Source: Phoronis australis (Eukaryota; Animalia; Phoronida). Taken from it: a DNA stretch of 64,000 bases. Shown in pieces: positions 43,239 through 64,000 of this stretch. A program made the translations under genes and the position numbers. How positions within the stretch are numbered: position 1 is the first letter of the stretch; every line of letters begins with the position of its first letter. Under the pieces are notes generated by a model that searched no databases, was not told the origin of the DNA, and saw only the letters and a program-made list of their open reading frames with translations. The stretch lies in assembly GCA_002633005.1 (NCBI GenBank), contig NMRA01000937.1, positions 29,582 through 93,581 of the forward strand, written 5' to 3'.

Positions 43239-43439
43239 CTTTTACAAACAAACGCTGAAAAAGTACACGCTGAATAAAAGATAATCGCAAATGAATGAAC
43301 CAATTTTCCAAACCGGATGTTCACCATGGAGAGACACCTGGTGGTTAATAGACCTCCAATGTCAAATACAAAGTCACCGGCTTCGAACTGTTGAACACAG
43401 CTTTATATTTTGGAACTTTTGAGTTGCAGCTGCATAATA
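43239..43439. promoter_or_regulatory. Putative bidirectional promoter and 5' UTR exons of the GARRE1-like gene (-) and GPI (+)
   Basis: A minus-strand donor AAG|GTGAG at 43238 lies ~200 bp from the GPI ATG. The GARRE1 first coding exon is preceded by an acceptor at 33131, so it needs an upstream exon. ETS-like CCGGATGT at 43313-43320. Inference only. Confidence 0.45.
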
Positions 43440-56043
<12,604 letters not shown>

Positions 56044-56816
56044 AATTGTTAATATTTGTTTTTATTTCGTCTGATATTGCTTAGTTGGAGTGTTGGTTAA
56101 AGGCGCAGCAATAGTGTGTGCAGTTGTCATTTTTTCATTTTTATATGCTGACAAAAATGTGTTCACATCCCGTCCTTCATTCCTGGCATTACCTTTACTG
56201 GCCTGTTGATTATCACAAAATCCACTCGACAGATCATGAGGAAATTTCAGGGATATGACGGAACCAGTACCCTTTCAGATGTTATGGACTTGGTGCCTTC
56301 TGTTGGCTATTTTAGTTTAGGATAAAAAGAATTATTGTCTCTAGGTTATTGACGAAACTTGATGTCTAGATATGTTGTGTGTACCAGTTGGTGTCAGGCA
56401 GACTCCATTACTGTAGCAATGTCAGTTGGTCAGTTATTGACAAGAAAATGCTTGTCTGTTGATTATTGTCACAGCTGTGATAAAATTTGATGGAGAGGTT
56501 GATGTCTGTGCCAACACCATATGGTTTCCAGCTTTGAAATGTAATGTCCTGATTAGTCCATTACATTTTCCCTAGAAGCATACTGTTTGTGGTGCAGTCG
56601 TGGGAACTTTTCAACACTTTGCATTGCTACTAATATTATATGTCTTTAGATCAAGTTATTAACAGCTGCCACTTTTAGATTACAACAGAATGCTTTGCAA
56701 GACTCCAGTTTTTTGCAGTCTTGGCTGCTTGGTCACTGGACTGTTGCTAAGCACTGAAAGGAAATGAATTCAGATGTCAAAAGCACATGTGGTAATAGAG
56801 GTAAATAAATATAAAA

Positions 56817-57157
56817 TTTGGTTAATTTCATATGAAAGGCAAATTCAATATATGCAAGTAGTAATAGGTCAAGTATTATTTTGGCGAGGTATTTAGTTGT
56901 ATACCATATTCCTCCAGATCAACTCCCATGTTCAGCATAACACCTAGTTACCCACAAAATTTTTACTTTTAATGGAGTGTTGACATNATTTGGTTAATTT
57001 CATATGAAAGGCAAATTCAATATATGCAAGTAGTAATAGGTCAAGTATTATTTTGGCGAGGTATTTAGTCGTATACCATATTCCTCCAGATCAACTCCCA
57101 TGTTCAGCATAACACCTAGTTACCCACAAAATTTTTACTTTTAATGGAGTGTTCACA
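56817..57157. repeat. ~170-bp duplication flanking the N at 56987
   Basis: atttggttaatttcatatgaaaggc...ggagtgtt(g/c)acat occurs immediately before and after the N. Assembly overlap. Confidence 0.9.
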
Positions 57158-58550
57158 TATTACATCGTCACTCAAAGTGGGGGATATATATAAAAGATGA
57201 TGATTTATGACAGGGCTAGGGGAGGGTTAGAGTCATGGCAATATCAAGTGGTTATGATTTGATAGTTGAAATGCGGTACATGGTTTCATTGTTGAATACA
57301 ACAGTAGAAAATGCAACATAAATTTTAAAGAGACATTGGTTTGTCATTAGAATCATAAAGACGGAATCTTCAACGAAGTACCGGTCCTTTCAAAAACGGG
57401 GGGGGTTGGCTGTGACGACGTAATTAGATGCTGCACTGAGGGGTTATACCATGATGACTGGTGATGACGAAGGTGGGGAAGGAGGTAAGAAGTAGCAAAT
57501 TTTGGACATGTGAATGCTCCTTTGAATGTGCCCTGATGTTCACCTGGACGTGTAAGGAATTTTCTGTTGGTGCAAACTATAATCATTTCTGTGTATGTGA
57601 TTGGCAATGTCAGCCATGAATCTAAATGTTGATTTTTTGTGGAATTGAGATATGATATTAATTTAGAGCTGCAATAATTATAAGCTAGTTTTAAAATGTT
57701 AAAAGATGTTTTCTTTTTCGTTGTTGGGAGTTGTAATGTTAAAAATAAATAGTTTGACACAAATGAAAATATGTAGTTATAGATGAAGTGCGATTTTATT
57801 CAACACATTGTCTTGACGTAACAAGAGAGTTTTTATGCAGCAGACATGCTGAAACACAAAATCTCTGGGTAAAGGAAATGTTACTGCATATTACAATGTC
57901 CTTAATGCCACCTGGTAACTGCACAAATGTTGCAGATTTTGGCCTGACATATTGGACCCCCCCAACAGCTTGGTTCAGGAGCATTGGTACAAAAATTACC
58001 ATCTGAGCTAATGAAACAAAAAGTGCTTAATTTCTGCTATGTTGCCTCAATTCTCAAAAGATGGAGCAAGTTTTATCAAACTATGTTTTAGGCCAAACTA
58101 AGTGCACCTTACATGTTCTCACGACTGAAGATGAACATGACACGGGTCAGTTTGCATAGAAGCCTATCGCAAGAAATTATGGTATAAAATCTTCAATTTG
58201 GGACAAAAATAATACCTACATTGCCATATTTCTATTTTTTAGCTAACCACATTGTTGCTAATGCTCGAAATTTTACCACCTCTTGTTTGGTATTACAAAC
58301 CACACTGACAGTAAATTTTCCTGCGGTTTTTTTATTAAGAAATTTGACAAAATGAAATTTCACTTGTCTGCCACATTTATGTCCCAAACAAAAGAATTTT
58401 CACCATATTCAGTAAAATGCGTAAAGTCCTCAGAGAATTAATAAGACACGACATCTTTAAATATTTACAATACTTACAGTGAACATATAAAACGTAGTTA
58501 ATCAGTCAATTCATGAAAATTCAACAAAATCCTTAACTCAGTAACGTCTA

Positions 58551-61500
58551 TCAGTCTGTCTTGATTTTGTCAACAGGTTTGGCACTGTGAACAAGTGCCC
58601 ATAACAAAAGCCAGTTGGGATAGAAGGCTAAACACACTACACTAAATGTCCAGTTACTTAACATCATAGAGTCTATCACAATACTGAGAAACCAGTCTTT
58701 TGATCCAGCCCAGGCCTTGGTCAATACATTCGTGGAATTAGCATTGTGAAAGCAATACTCGTGTAGAACAGCAGCAAGGAACAGCATTGCCAGTGGTGAG
58801 ACGAGTAGCAGAGCTGTAGATTGCACACATTTCAACAGCCTGAAAGAAAAAGCTCGAGTAAATAAATTGAAAATAAATCATAAAACAAAGACTGTATTGA
58901 GAGGCAGGCATCACTTAGCATGCACATAGCAATCATTTACTGAAGATGACATTATTTACTCATTCACCCACGACACATCACTGAGCCCCAGTTTTAAACG
59001 AACAATTAAAGGCTTTTATGAAGCGTTGGTGACAGGCCACAATTGTTACTGCCCTCTAATTGCCAGAGCAGAGACAACACTTGTGTGCACAACACCTAAA
59101 GTATGCACTTATACACTAGAAATGGGTTTTCCTTGTCCTACACACAGTGGCAGCACCAGTCCCATATAATATTGACACAACTTCATGTAAGTCTCCCAGC
59201 AGGATCAGCATACAAAATATTGCAAAACTACAGCTTTGCAACTCCTGCATTTAATAGCCAAACATGTGTAACTCCAATTTTTCTTAAACTAGGAGTTTAA
59301 CTGTAGTACACTTTAAGTGGGGGACACATCTGTAGATTTTTTTCACAAAACTGTTGTGAAATTTTTCATCTTCAAATTTTGCAACAAATTTGTTTAATCT
59401 GCAGTACCAGACATTGATGTGACTGTTTCCAATGACAGAACAAAACACCCTCATTAGGTGCCATCGTCTTGGAATGAAGGAAATCAATGTACGGATATGT
59501 GAACAGCACGGGCAACAATTAATTTTCCATGCCAGACACATGATGTGTTTCCAATAGTGTTACGGTACTCTCCTTAAGCACCCACTCAACCTCCTAATGG
59601 ATAGCATACATCTCCATAGTAACTACATTACCTAGAAGTGGATGGTACCGCCATGACAGAGATTGGCACCCATAACACTGCCACCAGAGTAGCTAAAGAG
59701 ATATTGATGAGTGACACAGATGCTAACACTAGTCCTTCAAATATCAACGTGACGCACTTCAAACTTGTCAGATCGAGGTCAAACACAGACATTTTCCTGT
59801 AACAACAATTAAGTTATTTCAACAGCGAGAGAACTTTTGTTCAACTTCAATGCCAAGTTCTAATCTGAAACTTCTATAAGAAGGCAAATAAGACGAGTAA
59901 AAAGAAGGCAGATCATAATCTTAGAACAAGTGTTTACAAAGTCAATCTCACAAGCAATTAGAACAATACTTTGCAAAATGTTTATGGCCAATCAAGTGGG
60001 ACCATCATGAGCGGACACTGTATAACCACCAATAGCTTGCCATTAGAATACAAACTTCTCAAGGTAAGAAGGCAGATCTGTCGTCTGATGTGAGTGTGAA
60101 CATCGTCTTCAAGAGAACAAGAAATTGATAGTTTTACTAGTTTTACTCCGGCCTCAGCAGTGCTGCCTCTAATAGGTATCACTTACGCTACTTGCAGTAT
60201 AATTGTATACTTTACTCACAGCAGACAATATTTTATTTTCAACAATTTCTCATTTTCAATGTTAAGTTCCTGATGATCTGAATTACCAAAGACAATAAAA
60301 ATACCAAATAATGACAGTGACAATGACAATAATAACAATACTTTATATTGCTGATTGCATTACCTTGCCAGAAGTACAGCTGATGTGCCAAACATGGCGG
60401 CCACCCCATAGAAGAGACCGTCTGAGGCAGACATGCGCAAGATTAGCGCTGACTCAATGAAGGTTCCTACGCACTGGTAAGCAGCTATACTGAACACACA
60501 GCAAACAATGATAACCGGGAGAAGAGAGAGGAGTCCTCTCTGGTCCTGTAACAATACCACATCAACTAGATCAAAAGAAAAACAGAAACTGATTACAGGC
60601 CGGCATAGATCCATGCCGAAGTTTCACCATTAACTTTTACTTCAACTCTGACTGTAACACGGTTTTGATGTGTCTATGCATGGTCTATAATCTGTCCCTC
60701 ATCATATTTAAAGGGAGCAACAGAAAGTTTGGACTGTATACACCTGTGAACAAGATATCTTCCAATACAAAGTCACTAGTTTCATCAAAATGTCTCCAGT
60801 AAGTTTCATCAAAATTTCTCCAGTAAGTTGAGAGACAATCACCAGATATGTCAAAAGCGATGACGGACAGTAAACTGACTGAACAAGAGCTACCTTTGAA
60901 TTCTTTGGCTCTTCAGTGGTGCCATCTTTTGGGCTATCTTCTTCCTTGGTTTGGCTCTCCTCCACTGTGCCCTCAGATGTGTTAATTTCCTCGGATTCAC
61001 CACTATCTGTTGCCTGACTCTCCTTATCAGATGGAGTAGGGGCGTCATCCAGTCCACTGCTAATCCACAGTGCCAAAGCTTGGTATCAGTTAAGGCCAAC
61101 TTCTACACAAACACGACAGTACACCGGTACAAGGTGATGAAGATCAAAAATATCAAAAGGAAAAAATCTATATGAGAGTATGCCCATTGAATGCAGCGTA
61201 GATACAAGGTATGATCATTATTTTAAACATTCCCACTAGAGGGAGCAATGTTAGTAAACTTAATATATCCTCTTGGGGTTGAAAAGCAATCAGTAATGCT
61301 CTCCACAACAGTAACACAAACAAATCACTTCAGTTCGAACATTCAACATTTTAAAAAGGATATTTTTATTAGAACTCCAACAGCTATCAGACCAAATGGT
61401 GGCATGTAAAGCCCAATGGAGACATAACGTTCAGTGGCCGGCATTAAATAGAAAAAGAACGATTGGTGGAACCTTTCAAGGAGGTTGTTCAAACTACGCA

Positions 61501-64000
61501 ACACACCCTCCAAGATCCTGAAAGACAGAATAAGATATATTAATAACGACATAATACTTCCATTGCATTATGTTTGTTTGTTGTTCTTGATGTTACTTAT
61601 TTATGTTTTTATTGTTTGTTTGGTTGTTTGTTTGTTCGTTTGTTTGTTTGATGGTCTGGTTGGTGCAGCTGTTCAATAGACACAATTCATATGAGAATCT
61701 GAGGGCATTAAGTGTTGGCATCAGACAACTCAAAGCAAACAATTGAAACTTGAAGATTTCACAAGTACAGTACAGGAATATGTCATACTCTCGGTTTCAA
61801 CATAAATTATGATAAGCAAAATATTCCGTTAGGCAAATTTTGACTTAGCAGTAATCGAAACCACTTTTACAATCTAATCATGCTAAGAGAGTTCTCTGAG
61901 TAAGACATGTAAACAGGAAACAACTGATTTGTACCTCTGATGCCGAGATCCAATAAGGGAAATGAATTTAAGATGAATTAGGTTAGTTTTCGACAGCGAT
62001 GGCATATGTGCTAAAAAGTGGGTGCGAATCTGATTACTGATTTTCAAATAATATCCAGGAATATGACAATAAATCATTACCTTATGGTCATTTTTTTGAC
62101 ATTTCATGACAATAACCCAGATATTCTATAATCCAGCAGGGATATTCCAGACCAGGTTTGAACCTGAGCCCTTTGAGCAGACCTGATGACGAAAAGTGTG
62201 CCTTTTTCAAAAAGTTGTGCCCAGCACACTTAGTGTAATTAACTGTGGTAACACATAAAGCAGAAATGCCAAGGGCAGTCGATATAAGAAGAGTCATGTT
62301 TTACCCAACTGGCTATAAGTTGACTACAATCTTGTATTTTTGAAGGACTGTTGCGTTTTAAAAGATGCACCCGGGCGTGGGTGTGCGCACTGCCACAATG
62401 TACTTGCGTCTTTTCATTTTTTTATATGCTAATGGCACAAAGGCGCAGTCCAGGAACATCCCTGTCCAGTTACTCCAGTCGCCAAAACTAAACAGAAGAC
62501 AACTCTTTACACTATCTGACCTGCCCATGGCTGTGAAGTCAATGCTGTGAGCACCTCGTTTCTTTTGGCTGACCAGAGTGAGAGCTTCGATGTGATATCG
62601 ATGGAACAGTCCATGATTACCTTGTTGCACACCAGGCAGCTGGTGCCACATCATGGTTGCCATGGTTTTTAATGAGTGAAGATAGCCATCCACCGACTCA
62701 GGATCATAGAAGTCTCTCTGAAATGGCACCAGTATCAACATGTACTGACTGTGCTTCACTCACCTCACATGTAATTGTCAACACTGTCACTTGCCATATT
62801 TAATTCGCTAACTACATTACAAAATAGTAGTAAACAATTCACAGCAATACAATGCAAATCATGAACATAATGAAGTAGTAGTAGAAATGTTTCGTTTTGT
62901 TGAAAAATTTAAGCCAAAATTTCAATTTTCCGCCATGTTGCATGATAAACATTAGAATTACAATAACGCTGAAAATACAAATATAACTTCCTGCTTATGA
63001 ATACCGACACTGACCATACCTACCTAATTATAAATCCTGACACTGACCATCACTACATGGTTATGAATCCCGACACTGATCATACCCACCTGATTATGAA
63101 TCCTGACATTGACCGAATGCTGCCGGCACAGTCTGACCACCAGATTGACTAGGTCAAGGTTAGGTAACTGACCATTCAAGCCCTGGAGCCGAAGTGACAT
63201 GTCTGTTACTCTGTTGGTGGCAATTTCCAGATTGATCGCTGCTTGTATGGAGCCACTGCGTCCACGAAGGTCGTCGCCATGGATATCTGTTCAACAAGGT
63301 CACTGAATAAACAGCTACCATACCTTGACAATTAGAACTAGCTGACTACTTCTGATATTAAATTACAATTATTTTCTAAATTATATAAAACACAGCAATA
63401 CATCTAAATTGCACACAGTATCTAGTAAATCTCATGCACTTGCTCATCAAATACCCCGATAATTGCAAATGGGAAACAAACATAATTCTGATAAGCACGT
63501 AAATCTAACATTATATTCTGTGCTTTTTCAAAAATGTACCTTATTTAATACAGTTTACTTACACTCTGACACGGAGGATGAATGGTAAGAATCCAGCCAT
63601 GCCTGCATGCCAATGTGTTCATGTTGAACAACTAGGAATATGATGTCTTTTGACCAGAACGTGAACTCTGCAAGGACACATGGGAAATAGCTGATTAAGT
63701 CTAAAGTTATAACTTAAAGAAAAATATATGAATATGCAAATCTTGAACCGACGCCACCTGTTGGCCACATCACGATGTGCATATACACTCAGCGGTCATG
63801 GACCATGCATGAACTGTTCGATCTGCAAGGAAACAAGTTACTAGTTCATTCTGAATATCAAATTCTATTTGTGAATTCAGTAATATACTCACTGCGGAAG
63901 TGCTTGGCAGCGGCAAGCATCAATGCTAGTCCACCATGGGTTTTTGGTAGTGTATCCACCACAGGGGGTCTGAATGGTACAGAGAGCACCAGCGCCTCTG
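58551..64000 (-). CDS. GPAA1: GPI-anchor transamidase subunit GPAA1/Gaa1, 5'-truncated by the window edge. Exons (minus): 64000-63893, 63667-63563, 63286-63090, 62717-62521, 61517-61364, 61079(or 61082)-60894, 60545-60364, 59796-59632, 58839-58551
   Basis: Motifs [67 protein letters not shown] and [31 protein letters not shown], followed by several hydrophobic TM segments. Ends KIKTD* (KxKxx). Confidence 0.95.
61080..61363 (-). other. U12-type (minor spliceosome) intron in GPAA1
   Basis: Minus strand: exon ...ATA AAA|ATATCCTTTT at 61363. Branch-site CCTTAAC at 61095-61089, just upstream of the next exon (GCT TTG GCA CTG TGG). Confidence 0.88.
62995..63114 (-). repeat. 33-bp degenerate tandem repeat (3.6 copies) spanning a GPAA1 exon/intron junction
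   Basis: + strand units start ttat(g/a)aat..at 62995, 63028, 63061 and 63094. The last unit is exonic, and the real minus-strand donor CAG|GTGGGT is at 63089. Confidence 0.85.

Overview
This is AT-rich, intron-rich eukaryotic DNA from an animal; the repeat types suggest a marine invertebrate, but the species cannot be determined. Four spliced genes were reconstructed by hand. (1) Twisted gastrulation (tsg/TWSG1; +, 5021-12103, 3 coding exons). (2) A GARRE1/KIAA0355 homologue (-, 33112-22934, 7 coding exons). (3) Glucose-6-phosphate isomerase (GPI; +, 43440-56043; 16 exons visible, with the WVGGRYS exon missing, probably lost in the N gap at 50140). (4) The 3' part of GPAA1 (-, >64000-58551, 9 exons visible). 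Introns hold MITEs, SINE and LINE fragments, minisatellites and three duplications flanking single Ns that look like assembly overlaps. The most unusual signal is that four separate exon/intron junctions, in three genes and on both strands, have been tandemly amplified into the intron, producing ladders of duplicated 5' splice sites. One is an in-frame, stop-free array of about 16 donor copies (mostly AAG/GAG|GTGAGT) in GPI. Other points: a U12-type (ATATCCTT) intron in GPAA1 whose 3' end may be AA rather than AC, a probable GC-AG first intron in GPI, an acidic ...SEDEL* tail on Tsg resembling an ER-retention signal, and GARRE1-GPI linkage in a head-to-head arrangement.
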